This document shows, in pieces, positions 1-9,119 of a stretch of 64,000 nucleotides of DNA. This stretch comes from Trueperaceae bacterium (lineage in GTDB: Bacteria; Deinococcota; Deinococci; Deinococcales; Trueperaceae). Positions within the stretch are counted from its first letter, which is position 1. Every line of letters begins with the position of its first letter. The position numbers and the translations under genes were made by a program. The notes under the pieces were generated by a model, which was not told the origin of the DNA, did no database searches, and worked only from the letters and a program-made list of their open reading frames with translations. The stretch is taken from positions 3,552,001 to 3,616,000 of the forward strand of contig OZ243927.1 in the NCBI GenBank assembly GCA_965213925.1, read 5' to 3'.

Positions 1-70
1 ACCTCCAAATGTCGTGAGGTTACTATACGACAGGGATAAAAGGTTGTGAGGCTTTGTTAGCTGAGGTGGA

Positions 71-95
71 AAACAAAAAAGCCCCCGGAGGGGCT
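71..95 (-). terminator. Intrinsic terminator downstream of lipoprotein 141-1685
   Basis: Minus strand AGCCCC-TCCG-GGGGCT followed by a T-tract. Confidence 0.8.
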
Positions 96-140
96 CGAGA
101 AGCTTAGCTCGCTTTTTCCTACTCAAGATGCTGAAGAGGG

Positions 141-1685
141 TTACTGTGCGACAGCTTTCCCCTCTATCCTCAAGAGGTAAGCACGCCCCTTATCTGCTTG
201 ATCGCTAAGCCTAAAAAAGTGTCGACCTTTTGGTAGGAACGTCCTATACTCGCCACTCGTGAACTCATGATCACTCAAACGACCACCCATGGAGTTGTGC
301 CTAGAAATTCTGAGGTATGAATCCAATACAGCACCTCCCTCCAGAGAAAAAGTGACATTTTGGTCTTCTTCAAGATCGATTGCAAACCAGTCCTCATCGT
401 TTTGAGGAAGGTGAATGGTGTCCGAAAAAGGCAAACTTATGGTGTGAGCTTCGTCAACGGTATCGTTAGGTTCGTAGGCTTGATCGGTTATAGGCTGAGT
501 TGTAAGTTCTATAGAGTAAGGTTTTTCGTACTCCAAATTAGAAATGTTCAAGTGGTACGTGCCCATATCGAGCGCGTGGGTAAAAGAGCCTCCCTCGGTA
601 TGGTTGTAGACTGAGTTGAGGACACCTTCAGCGCGTAGTCTGTGATAGAAGGCTGAGTCGCGCGGACTGTCGCTACTCAAATTAAACGTTACGAGTTGAG
701 CCGTATCCAGTTTGAAAGTAAGCCAATCTTCGTCTGTTTCAGTTAGATACATATTTCGTTTACCAGCGTTAGGTATGATGCTTGCCGCCATCTCAATGAT
801 GTCGTTCGGCTCGAATTCCGCGTCTGGAAGAGGACTTGCTGAGACTTCTAACGTATAAGCGTGCGTGCTCGAGCTAATTTCGCCATCAACCTCTAAAAAG
901 TACGTTCCTGCTGGGAGGAATTTGTAGCTGTTTCTTCTATTTCGCCAACCATCGTTGCTAGCAAATTCGTTTATAGGCTCCAACTGATCATCCATAAGCG
1001 TTACTCGCACTTCAAAGAAGCGGGCGTTGTCCTCATCGAAAGTGAGCGTAAACACGCCCTCCTTAGGTAGCGTAAATTTGAACCAATCGTTGCTGGTGAG
1101 GGTAGCTGTGATTGCGCTCTCAAGTTCTATGGTGCTGGCCTCATCGCTACTATCATTCGGCTCAAACATATCTTCGACAACAGGGGGAATTTCGAGAGCC
1201 CGATCGGAGGGTGTGAGGTTGACGCGAATAGTTGCCGCATCTTGTTCGCCATTTTCACATAGATCGTTTCTGAAAGATACAATCTCTCCTTTAAGAATAG
1301 AGTTTTCCAGCTCCAGATCAAAATCAAAGGCCCAAGCGCTCTGTCGAGGTGACATAATCGTGCCAGTAACTCTTTTTGGATTAGGAGTATCTGTGAACCA
1401 CAGGCCCTCTCCGTAAGCTACGTCAAAGGTGGATGACTGTATAGCGACCTTGAGGTCGTTGTATTCCTCGGTGAAAAAGTCTAAGACGACATCAACCTGC
1501 TCCAAATTGCCGCAAGTATTTAGTACTGCACCTCTATCTATCCAAGTTCCATAGAAAGCGCTTCTAGGGTCTTCTGGTTTTTCTACAGGTGGCTTAGGGT
1601 TGCCGCCGCAGCTCGAGAGAAGCCCGGTTAAGATTAGCACTGCTGATACGATAGCGGTGCGAAAGTAAAATCGCTTCATAAACAT
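141..1685 (-). CDS. Lipoprotein with three PPC-like (EPND...DWF) beta-sandwich repeats
   Basis: Lipobox LLSS-C; repeated (F/Y)EPND...D.DW(F/L).F.L motifs; no catalytic peptidase motif seen. Confidence 0.8.
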   Translation of the reverse strand: MFMKRFYFRTAIVSAVLILTGLLSSCGGNPKPPVEKPEDPRSAFYGTWIDRGAVLNTCGNLEQVDVVLDFFTEEYNDLKVAIQSSTFDVAYGEGLWFTDTPNPKRVTGTIMSPRQSAWAFDFDLELENSILKGEIVSFRNDLCENGEQDAATIRVNLTPSDRALEIPPVVEDMFEPNDSSDEASTIELESAITATLTSNDWFKFTLPKEGVFTLTFDEDNARFFEVRVTLMDDQLEPINEFASNDGWRNRRNSYKFLPAGTYFLEVDGEISSSTHAYTLEVSASPLPDAEFEPNDIIEMAASIIPNAGKRNMYLTETDEDWLTFKLDTAQLVTFNLSSDSPRDSAFYHRLRAEGVLNSVYNHTEGGSFTHALDMGTYHLNISNLEYEKPYSIELTTQPITDQAYEPNDTVDEAHTISLPFSDTIHLPQNDEDWFAIDLEEDQNVTFSLEGGAVLDSYLRISRHNSMGGRLSDHEFTSGEYRTFLPKGRHFFRLSDQADKGRAYLLRIEGKAVAQ

Positions 1686-1700
1686 TCCCTTGAAATGATT

Positions 1701-1728
1701 TGAGCCTGGGTAGGCTTAGCGCATCGTA
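1701..1728 (-). promoter_or_regulatory. -10 box TACGAT plus palindrome at the predicted transcription start
   Basis: TGAGCCT-N4-AGGCTTA at 1701-1718 and ATCGTA at 1723-1728; same layout at 4153-4180. Confidence 0.55.
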
Positions 1729-1804
1729 GCGGGTTTTTCCGCGTGAACGAGAGGAAAATTTAGCTTTGCAAAAAGCTGTCGAGCGTTCTGAAATTCTTTC
1801 TAAA

Positions 1805-1839
1805 GGGGTGAGCCCTCGGGTGACTCGAGGGCTCACCTC
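1805..1839. terminator. Strong hairpin between the two lipoprotein genes
   Basis: GGTGAGCCCTCG...CGAGGGCTCACC just after the stop of 1847-4126; short T-tract on minus strand. Confidence 0.55.
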
Positions 1840-1846
1840 AATTCAG

Positions 1847-4126
1847 CTACTTCTTAACGACGCTAAGACCGTATTTAGGCGCATTGCTGTAGTGGTGCGA
1901 AAACTTCAAGTAGTAGGTTCCGGCAGGAAGAACGGGCGAGTTCAGACCTTCATAGATATGGGACTGCTCGCGCACATAGTTTCCTTCAGCGTCGTACAGA
2001 TACCCGTAGAGCGAAGAGCTTCTCGTCTTCAGCGTGAGATTAATTTGCGCGGCGCTGTCCAGCGTGAAGCTAAACCAGTCCTCGTCACCGGAGGAAATGA
2101 CTAGGTTGTCGTCGGAGAATCCTAAGGCGATAGCGTGCGCTTCGTCGCGGGAGTTGTTGGGCTCATATTCCAAATCAGGAACCGCTTCGCTACTGATCGA
2201 GACCGAATAGGCGAAGTCTCTGTCGCTATAGTAAGAGGCGGTACTCAGCGACAAAACATAGCTGTCTGCGGGCAGGATAAAGGAGATAATGCCTTGGCTG
2301 CTAAGTGAGAAAGACTTGCCGCTGAGCTTGGTTCCGTCAGCAGTGTAGAACGCGCCGTTGACCCTGTAGGAGTCGGTGTCGCTCCGCTCTAAAGTGACGA
2401 GCTGCTCTTCGCTAAGGGTGAAGCTGAACCAGTCTTCGTCCTCTTGAGCCATGTAAAGCGCGTCGGTAAAGGGAAGTTGGATGGGCGTGGCGGCGTTGAA
2501 GCTGTCGTTAGGCTCGTGCTCCGCGTCGGGGATGGGTTCGCTGTTCACCTTTAAGGAGTAGCCCAAGCCGTTGCCGTAGTCATAGCCGTAGACGCGCAGG
2601 TAGTGCGTGCCCGCCTCGAGCGCCACGGTAAACGCATAGCCTCTATAAGAGCTACTCCTTTGCTCCTCTAAGTCAGCGTTGTAAAGAGCAGTGCTGAAGT
2701 CGTAATAGCTTTTACCCAGGTTGAAGGTGACGAGACGCGCTTCGTTTAGAGTGAGCGCGAACCAGTCTTCGTCCTCTTGCATGAGGTACATCTCGCCCGA
2801 GAAGTTGCCCGAGGCGTTAAAGGTTAGCTCGGCTGCCTGGTCCGCTGCGTCGTTGGGCTCGAAGGTACTGTCGGGTAGGTCTTCGCTGCTCACACGCACG
2901 CTGTAGGCGGTGGCGTCGTAATAGCGATAAATCTTGAGGTAGTAGGTTCCTGCCGCTAAGGTGGCGACGACGGTATCATCAGGGCTATCTTCGTATACGT
3001 AGATGCGACGCTGCTCATTGAACGCGCTGTCGAGGAGGGTGTAGCGGAGGCTCGAGCCGCTACTCTCCACCTCAAACGTGACGATTTGCGGCGTGGCTAG
3101 CGTAAAGCTAAACCAGTCCTCGTCGTCGTCGCTCAAGTACATCGCTAGCGCCTCTGCGCCGAGGGTGAGAGAGGTGGCACTTTGCGCACTCTCGTTGGGC
3201 TCAAACGCGGCGTCGGGTAAAGGCTCGCTCGAGAGGCTCAGACTGTAACCCCGAGTTTGCGAATTGACGTTGCCTGAAAGCCTCAACGTGTACACACCAG
3301 CCGAGAGCTGTATTTGCTTAGGTTTAGGGTTCGAACCGTAAAATTCGTAACTACCGAGCACCTCCTTTGACGCGTCGTAGATAATAGCGTCCACGTAGAA
3401 GTAGCTCGCATCGTCCGCTTGAACGTCCAAGGTGACGAGTTGCTCCTCGCTCAGCGTGAACTCAAACCAGTCCTCATCCTGTAAGACAAGCTCAGCCTGG
3501 TAGTCGAGGTCGATTTCGGCAGCTTCGTCAGCGCTGTTATTGGGCTCTAAGGCGTCGTCTTCGACGGGTTCTCGAGGTGTCCCTGTTGGCGGCGCGGCGT
3601 CCGTTCGCTGCAAGTCAACCTCGATGAGGATGGTATCGTCGCCTAGCGTTGGGTTCTCATAAGAATCACAAGGAAGGAACTCCTTGCCGAGGAGTTTTCC
3701 CGTGAGCCGCGATTCGCTCAGCGAGAGCGCCATGCCGAATGTGAAGGTATCACCGAGATCGTTGACGATGCTCGCTGTACCCGTGACCTTGTCGCCGCTG
3801 ACGCTACCCTTTGCCCTGCCGCTGACAAAAGCGTACTCGGTACCGTCATCAACACCTATGATGAGGGACCCTGAAAAGTCGCCTTGTCCGGTATTTTGCT
3901 CGAGCTGCATGTACACCTCGAGGTTGGGCTCGACGTACTCGCAGATTTCGTAACGTCCCCCTTCATCCTTCCAAGTGCCCGCCACGTTCAGCGTAATGGG
4001 AGGCAACGTGCTCTCTGTTTCGGGCGGGTCTACCGGGGGCGTGGTTTCGCCACAGCTCGAGAGCAGTCCAGTCAAAAGTAGCCCTACAACTACGGTTGTA
4101 GCGCGAAGACGATGAGATATTCGCAT
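1847..4126 (-). CDS. Lipoprotein with five PPC-like (EPNx...DEDWF) repeats; paralogue of 141-1685
   Basis: Lipobox LLSS-C; five EPN(N/E/D)...DEDWF.F.L repeats; signal peptide similar to the neighbour. Confidence 0.85.
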   Translation of the reverse strand: MRISHRLRATTVVVGLLLTGLLSSCGETTPPVDPPETESTLPPITLNVAGTWKDEGGRYEICEYVEPNLEVYMQLEQNTGQGDFSGSLIIGVDDGTEYAFVSGRAKGSVSGDKVTGTASIVNDLGDTFTFGMALSLSESRLTGKLLGKEFLPCDSYENPTLGDDTILIEVDLQRTDAAPPTGTPREPVEDDALEPNNSADEAAEIDLDYQAELVLQDEDWFEFTLSEEQLVTLDVQADDASYFYVDAIIYDASKEVLGSYEFYGSNPKPKQIQLSAGVYTLRLSGNVNSQTRGYSLSLSSEPLPDAAFEPNESAQSATSLTLGAEALAMYLSDDDEDWFSFTLATPQIVTFEVESSGSSLRYTLLDSAFNEQRRIYVYEDSPDDTVVATLAAGTYYLKIYRYYDATAYSVRVSSEDLPDSTFEPNDAADQAAELTFNASGNFSGEMYLMQEDEDWFALTLNEARLVTFNLGKSYYDFSTALYNADLEEQRSSSYRGYAFTVALEAGTHYLRVYGYDYGNGLGYSLKVNSEPIPDAEHEPNDSFNAATPIQLPFTDALYMAQEDEDWFSFTLSEEQLVTLERSDTDSYRVNGAFYTADGTKLSGKSFSLSSQGIISFILPADSYVLSLSTASYYSDRDFAYSVSISSEAVPDLEYEPNNSRDEAHAIALGFSDDNLVISSGDEDWFSFTLDSAAQINLTLKTRSSSLYGYLYDAEGNYVREQSHIYEGLNSPVLPAGTYYLKFSHHYSNAPKYGLSVVKK

Positions 4127-4152
4127 GAAGATATTTTCCTTTTAGGTTGATT

Positions 4153-4180
4153 TAAGCCTCTGGAGGCTCAATCTATCGTA
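4153..4180 (-). promoter_or_regulatory. -10 box TACGAT plus palindrome (copy 2)
   Basis: TAAGCCT-N4-AGGCTCA at 4153-4170 and ATCGTA at 4175-4180. Confidence 0.55.
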
Positions 4181-4270
4181 GAGATATCAGCTCAGCAAAG
4201 AGGGTAAAATCCGACTTTATGAAGGTTGTATTAGAGCCTCTAAACGCTAAAAATCAGGTAGGCTACTTTT

Positions 4271-5251
4271 ATGAACATTCTCGTCACGGGCGGCGCAGGC
4301 TTTATCGGCAGCGTCACCACCGAATCGCTCATCCAAAGAGGTCATAGCGTCACCGTGCTCGACAATCTAGCCACAGGGCACCGCGCCGCCGTTCACCCCG
4401 ACGCGGCGTTTATGCAGGCTGATATCGCAGATGCGGAGGAGGTCTCGCAAGTTATTCAAGAACACAATGTTGAAGCAGCTTTACACTTCGCCGCCTTTTC
4501 ACTCGTCGGCGAGTCGATGGCGCAGCCTGCGAAATACTTTCAGAACAACAGCGCGGGGACCTTGAAGCTACTAGAGACGCTGCTCGAGCACGACGTCAAA
4601 AAGTTCGTCCTCTCTTCAACAGCGGCGCTCTTCGGCAAGCCGGACACCCTCCCCATCTCTGAAGACGCCGCGATTCAACCCGGCAGCGTCTACGGCGAGT
4701 CGAAGTACCTTATCGAACGGATGCTGGATTGGCTTAATGAGACGCAGGACTTGGGCTTCGTAGCGCTCCGCTACTTCAACGCGGCGGGCGCATCCGAAAC
4801 GTACGGCGAGGACCACCGCCCCGAGAGCCACCTCATCCCCATCACCTTGCAAGTGGCGCAGGGTAAGCGTGACTATATCGGGATTTTCGGAAACGACTAC
4901 GACACGAGAGACGGCACCTGTGTGCGCGACTACGTGCACGTGCTCGACTTGGCGCAGGCGCATATTTTGGCGCTCGAGTCCCTCCAGACGGGCGAGGCGA
5001 AGCGCTACAACCTGGGCAGTGGTCAGGGATTTTCGGTGCGCGAGGTCGTCGAAGTGTGCCGGGAGGTGACGGGCCACGAGATACCGGAGAAGATAGAGCC
5101 GCGTCGCCCCGGCGACCCGGCGGCGCTCGTGGCGGACTCGGGGCTCATCAAACGCGAACTCGGCTGGCAGCCCGAGCACGAGTCTTTGGAGGAGATGGTC
5201 GCCTCGGCGTGGGCTTGGTTCGAGGCGCACCCTGAAGGGTACGGAAGCTAA
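4271..5251 (+). CDS. galE: UDP-glucose 4-epimerase
   Basis: TGGAGFIG, YGESK, LRYFNAAGA, DGTCVRDYVHV; TAGGCT 6 nt before ATG (leaderless-type). Confidence 0.95.
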   Translation: MNILVTGGAGFIGSVTTESLIQRGHSVTVLDNLATGHRAAVHPDAAFMQADIADAEEVSQVIQEHNVEAALHFAAFSLVGESMAQPAKYFQNNSAGTLKLLETLLEHDVKKFVLSSTAALFGKPDTLPISEDAAIQPGSVYGESKYLIERMLDWLNETQDLGFVALRYFNAAGASETYGEDHRPESHLIPITLQVAQGKRDYIGIFGNDYDTRDGTCVRDYVHVLDLAQAHILALESLQTGEAKRYNLGSGQGFSVREVVEVCREVTGHEIPEKIEPRRPGDPAALVADSGLIKRELGWQPEHESLEEMVASAWAWFEAHPEGYGS

Positions 5252-5672
5252 GGAGCGCTACCTTTTCATACCGCTCGACCTCTTCGTATATCGCATAGCC
5301 GTTTTTGCTGAGGGGTTGGAACTCGAGGCTTGAATTTGCGACCTCTTCGGCGGATGATACCCTTCAGCCGCCACACCTCCGAACCTTTAACATCATTTTC
5401 CTTTAGCATCTTTTTACCGAAATCTTAACGACCTCTTCACACCCCGTTCACTCCCGTGCTCAAAACTGAGCACCGTGAAGAAGATGAACGCCTCGTCGCG
5501 CGATAATGAAGTGAGAGTGAGCACACCGTGATGGGTATTTTTAGGGAGCTGTGTTAAGCTACCAGCGATTTACGCGCGCGGTGCATAGGTGCACAAGAGG
5601 GTGCGCGTACGCAGTTTAACCCTTCACGCGCGAGTTCGACACCGTCGCGCCACGAACGATTGAGGAGCAGCC

Positions 5673-6281
5673 ATGAAATTACTTGTTCAGATAGTTCTTA
5701 TCAGCGTCCTAAGCGTCGCTCTAGCCCAACAAGAGGTCACCGTCGGCGGCCTCGTGCAGACCGAGGGCGAACTGCCCGAAGCGGCGAAGGTCGGCGTGCA
5801 CGTGATCAACCTCGAGGGCGTGTGGGGCGAGGAAATCGCCACCGCGACGCCAGATGGGGGCACCTTCAGCGTCACGGTAGGCGAAGAGGTCGGTAGTGAC
5901 GCGCTCACGCCCTTCGAGGGGGGCGTCGTGCCGCTGCCGGGCTTGCAGAGCGAATATAGCGTGTCGCCGGGCGATGTCAACTTCACCCGCGCGCAAACAA
6001 ACGTCTATCTCGACGAAAACGGCAACGACGCCTTCGACCGCAACGCGGACACGCCTTACTTGGGCGTGGTCAACTTAGAGGAGCCGAGCGGATTTTTTGT
6101 CGTGCTCTACGTCGACAAAGACGCGACGCTCTCGGCGCAGAACCAGTCTTTAGACCTCTCGCAAGGCTGGAACCTCTTCACGGTGCGCTTTTCAGCCGAG
6201 GGCGAGGCGAGCTATGAGGTCGTCCCTGTAGTCGAGGACGCCGTCCTCGACGTGTTCTCGCCCGAGCCGCCCGCGAACTAA
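5673..6281 (+). CDS. Secreted acidic hypothetical protein
   Basis: GAGGAG RBS; Sec signal peptide ending ALA-Q; 202 aa. Confidence 0.8.
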   Translation: MKLLVQIVLISVLSVALAQQEVTVGGLVQTEGELPEAAKVGVHVINLEGVWGEEIATATPDGGTFSVTVGEEVGSDALTPFEGGVVPLPGLQSEYSVSPGDVNFTRAQTNVYLDENGNDAFDRNADTPYLGVVNLEEPSGFFVVLYVDKDATLSAQNQSLDLSQGWNLFTVRFSAEGEASYEVVPVVEDAVLDVFSPEPPAN

Positions 6282-6288
6282 GCGTTAG

Positions 6289-6592
6289 TACTCTGTTAGC
6301 TAAAGAATGAGTGATGTCATTCTGAACGTAGCCCTACGGCGAGCGTAGGATAGACTCCGCCCTACGGTAAACCATAGGATAGACTCCGTGAAGGAATCTC
6401 TGCATTCGCCTTCTTGTCTAGCCGAGAATGGAAGTAACAAAGTTTTGGCATAGCCAACCGAGACCCTTACGCATTCGCAAGGCTTACGCGTCGCGTGGTT
6501 CACGAAGTACTTCCGAAGGAAACCGCTCCCGCTAGCGACTTCGTGAACAGGGTGACATCAGTAAGAAGTATCAACACTTAGTTTACAGTGTA
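6289..6592 (+). mobile_element. MITE-like element copy A (TA-ended TIRs around a modular REP pair)
   Basis: Ends TACTCTGTTAGCTAA / TTAGTTTACAGTGTA; inner GTCATTCTGA...GAATCTC...GAGACCCTT...CAGGGTGAC shared with four other copies. Confidence 0.75.
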
Positions 6593-6666
6593 GTTAGTCT
6601 AAAGCTACGACCTTATATCGACTAACTTCAGTGAGTTAGCTAAACGTTTTTAAGATGTAGGAGGGT

Positions 6667-6702
6667 GCGCGCGGACATGACCTGCAGGTCATGTCCGCGC
6701 GC
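6667..6702. repeat. Perfect 36-bp palindrome, followed by CCTTTT (possible terminator)
   Basis: GCGCGCGGACATGACCTG|CAGGTCATGTCCGCGCGC. Confidence 0.85.
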
Positions 6703-6731
6703 CCTTTTGTATCTGCCCGCTAACGCGCCGC

Positions 6732-6789
6732 TTGACAGGAGGCGCTCAGACTTGATAATCTCTCGATATATGAACAGGTGTTCATACAT
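6732..6789 (+). promoter_or_regulatory. Sigma70 promoter and SmtB/ArsR-type operator
   Basis: TTGACA 6732-6737, GATAAT 6754-6759; inverted repeat ATATATGAACA-GG-TGTTCATACAT 6766-6789 matches the SmtB-box style. Confidence 0.85.
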
Positions 6790-6795
6790 AAAATT

Positions 6796-7092
6796 ATGAA
6801 AGCCGACCTTACTGAAGAAACCGCCACGCAACTCGCTGAACTCTTCCGCACGTTAGGCGACGGCGCGCGCATCCTTATTTTGGCGGCTTTAGCCGAGCGC
6901 GAGCACAACGTGAGCGACCTTGCGAAAGCCGCCCACTTGAGCGAATCCGCCGCCTCGCACCACCTGCGGCACCTGCGGCAGACGCGGCTCGTCAGGGCGC
7001 GCAAAGAGGGGCGCTACGTGTTTTACAGCCTCGACGACGAGCACGTAGAGCAGCTCGTGGCGTGTGGGCTCGAGCACGTCTTGCACGGCTAA
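6796..7092 (+). CDS. ArsR/SmtB family metal-sensing repressor (alpha5 Zn/Co site)
   Basis: LFRTLGDGARILIL, SAASHHLRHLR, C-terminal DDEHV...EHVLH; start placed at ATG 6796. Confidence 0.92.
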   Translation: MKADLTEETATQLAELFRTLGDGARILILAALAEREHNVSDLAKAAHLSESAASHHLRHLRQTRLVRARKEGRYVFYSLDDEHVEQLVACGLEHVLHG

Positions 7093-7142
7093 AGCTCGGT
7101 TATTAGTTCAAGATATACAGGTCAAGACACATAGGGAGAAAC

Positions 7143-8045
7143 ATGGCACACGACCATTCACATGCGCCCAAAGACTTCGGCCGCGCTTTTGCGATAGGCA
7201 TCGGCTTAAACACGCTTTACGTCGTTGTCGAGGTCGTCATCGGTCTGCGCATCGGCTCGCTGGGGCTCATTGCGGACGCGGGTCATAACGCCAGCGACGT
7301 GCTCTCGCTCGTCATCGCTTGGGTCGGGGCAAGTCTAGCGCGGCGCAGCCCGTCAGAACGCTACACCTACGGACTAAAGCGCTCGCCGATCATCGCCTCG
7401 CTTTTCAACGCGCTACTGCTCTTCGGCGCAATGGCTATCGTGACGTGGGAGGCTATCCAACGCCTGCAAGACCCCGCGCCGCTGCCAGGCATGACGATCA
7501 TCTGGGTGACGCTCGTGGGGCTTATCGTCAACTTCGGCACAGCGTTTTTGTTCGTGCGCGGGCGCGGCGACCTCAACATCCGCGGCGCGTTCTTGCACAT
7601 GATGGCGGACGGGCTCGTGACGTTGGGCGTGCTCTTAGCGGGCGTCGCGTTCATCTTCACAGACGCCTATTGGCTCGACCCGGTCATCAGCCTCGTCATC
7701 GTCGCCGTCGTTTTATGGAGCACCTGGGGGCTCTTCGCGGACGCCATGCGCCTCTCACTCGACGCTGTGCCCGAGGGCATCGACCCCGAAGAGGTTCACG
7801 ACTACCTCAGGAGCCTCACGAGTGTCAAAGAGGTTCACGACCTCCACATCTGGGCGATGAGCACAACTGAGACGGCGCTAACGGCGCACCTCGTGTTAGC
7901 CGATGCGTCTAAAGCGGGCAATCAGCTTCTAAAAAGAGCGAATGAAGGATTGCACGATAATTTTGAGATTATCCACACGACGTTGCAGCTCGAGTACGGC
8001 GAGCCCGCCGAGCCCTGCGGTCAAGCCTCCGCCGAGGTGGTGTAG
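7143..8045 (+). CDS. czcD: Cation diffusion facilitator (CzcD/ZitB-like) Zn/Co/Cd exporter
   Basis: His-rich N-terminus, ADAGHNASD, FLHMMAD, VHDLHIWAMS, HTTLQLE. Confidence 0.92.
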   Translation: MAHDHSHAPKDFGRAFAIGIGLNTLYVVVEVVIGLRIGSLGLIADAGHNASDVLSLVIAWVGASLARRSPSERYTYGLKRSPIIASLFNALLLFGAMAIVTWEAIQRLQDPAPLPGMTIIWVTLVGLIVNFGTAFLFVRGRGDLNIRGAFLHMMADGLVTLGVLLAGVAFIFTDAYWLDPVISLVIVAVVLWSTWGLFADAMRLSLDAVPEGIDPEEVHDYLRSLTSVKEVHDLHIWAMSTTETALTAHLVLADASKAGNQLLKRANEGLHDNFEIIHTTLQLEYGEPAEPCGQASAEVV

Positions 8046-8857
8046 TGTCCCCCGATATATTTCAAGAGGTGTGGACGTGGTTTCGCGAGCTTGACCCGGT
8101 TTGGCAGGGCTTGGGCGGCGGCTTGGTCATCAGCTTTCTCAACCTCGTCGGCGCGCTCCTCATCCTGGTGTGGCGCGACCCGAGCGAGCGTCAACTCGAC
8201 GGGGCGCTGGGTTTCGCTGCTGGCGTGATGCTTTCGGCGAGCTTTACGAGCCTCATCTTGCCGGGCATCGAAGAGGGCGGCATCTTAGCTGTCGTGATCG
8301 GCTTGGCGCTCGGCGTGTTGGTGTTGGACCGCGCCGACGCTTGGGTGCCACACGTGCACGTGCTCGTTACCGGGCGGAGCCGCGAGGACGCCGCGGCGGG
8401 CGGCAGCGGGCGGGTCGCCTCAGTGATTCTCTTCGTCGTGGCGATTACGCTCCACAACATGCCCGAAGGTCTCTCGGTCGGTGTAGGCTTTGGCAGCGGC
8501 GACTTTCAAAATGCGGTGGCTTTAATGCTCGCCATCGGCATCCAGAACATCCCCGAAGGGTTTGCCGTATCGGTGGCGGCGCGAAACGCGGGGCTAGGCA
8601 ACCTCTCGTACGCCGCGTTTACCGGCATCCGTGCGGGTGCGGTGGAGATTCCTATCGCGCTTTTCGGCGCGTGGGCGGTGGGTTTGGCCGCGCCCCTCTT
8701 GCCCTACGCGATGGGCTTCGCGGCGGGCGGGATGCTCTACGTCATCAGCGACGAAATCATCCCTGAAACGCATACCAATGGAAACGAGCGCGTCGCGACG
8801 CTCGGCACGATGGTCGGGCTCGTACTTATGCTGGTACTGGATGTGGCGTTAGGTTGA
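8045..8857 (+). CDS. ZIP family (ZupT/GufA-like) metal transporter
   Basis: LHNMPEG, IQNIPEG, SDEIIPE motifs; GTG overlaps the CDF stop codon. Confidence 0.92.
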   Translation: MSPDIFQEVWTWFRELDPVWQGLGGGLVISFLNLVGALLILVWRDPSERQLDGALGFAAGVMLSASFTSLILPGIEEGGILAVVIGLALGVLVLDRADAWVPHVHVLVTGRSREDAAAGGSGRVASVILFVVAITLHNMPEGLSVGVGFGSGDFQNAVALMLAIGIQNIPEGFAVSVAARNAGLGNLSYAAFTGIRAGAVEIPIALFGAWAVGLAAPLLPYAMGFAAGGMLYVISDEIIPETHTNGNERVATLGTMVGLVLMLVLDVALG

Positions 8858-8863
8858 GGTGTG

Positions 8864-8987
8864 ATACCGTTTCCGGGTAATTCCTTTAGGAATTACCCCG
8901 AGTGTAACGAGTCGAAAAGATACGGATTTCGGTTGTGAACGAAAGAAACTCACTAGAGTTTATGTAGTGTTCAACCGAAATCCGTAT
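8864..8987. repeat. Small inverted-repeat element
   Basis: Perfect 16-bp IR ATACGGATTTCGGTTG (8920-8935) / CAACCGAAATCCGTAT (8972-8987); related end ATACCGTTTCCGG at 8864; hairpin GGGTAATTCCT-TT-AGGAATTACCC 8875-8898. Confidence 0.7.
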
Positions 8988-9014
8988 GACTCAGTGTGAG
9001 ATTGAGTGTGCGGC

Positions 9015-9107
9015 GTAGGGCAAGTTTGAAACCCGCCCCTACACGTTAGGGCGTTCTCTACACCTCTCGGCGGCGCTGTGTAGGAGCGATTCATGAATCG
9101 CCTCTAC
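9015..9107. repeat. Pair of GTAG-type REP palindromes
   Basis: GTAGGGCAAGTTTGAAACCCGCCCCTAC (9015-9042) and GTAGGAGCGATTCATGAATCGCCTCTAC (9080-9107). Confidence 0.8.
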
Positions 9108-9119
9108 ACGCAGAAGGTT

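Noticed and set aside
6300..6503. ORFs inside MITE copies (also 21769-22011 and 55207-55404)
   Set aside because: Frames and lengths are not conserved between copies; incidental ORFs in repeats
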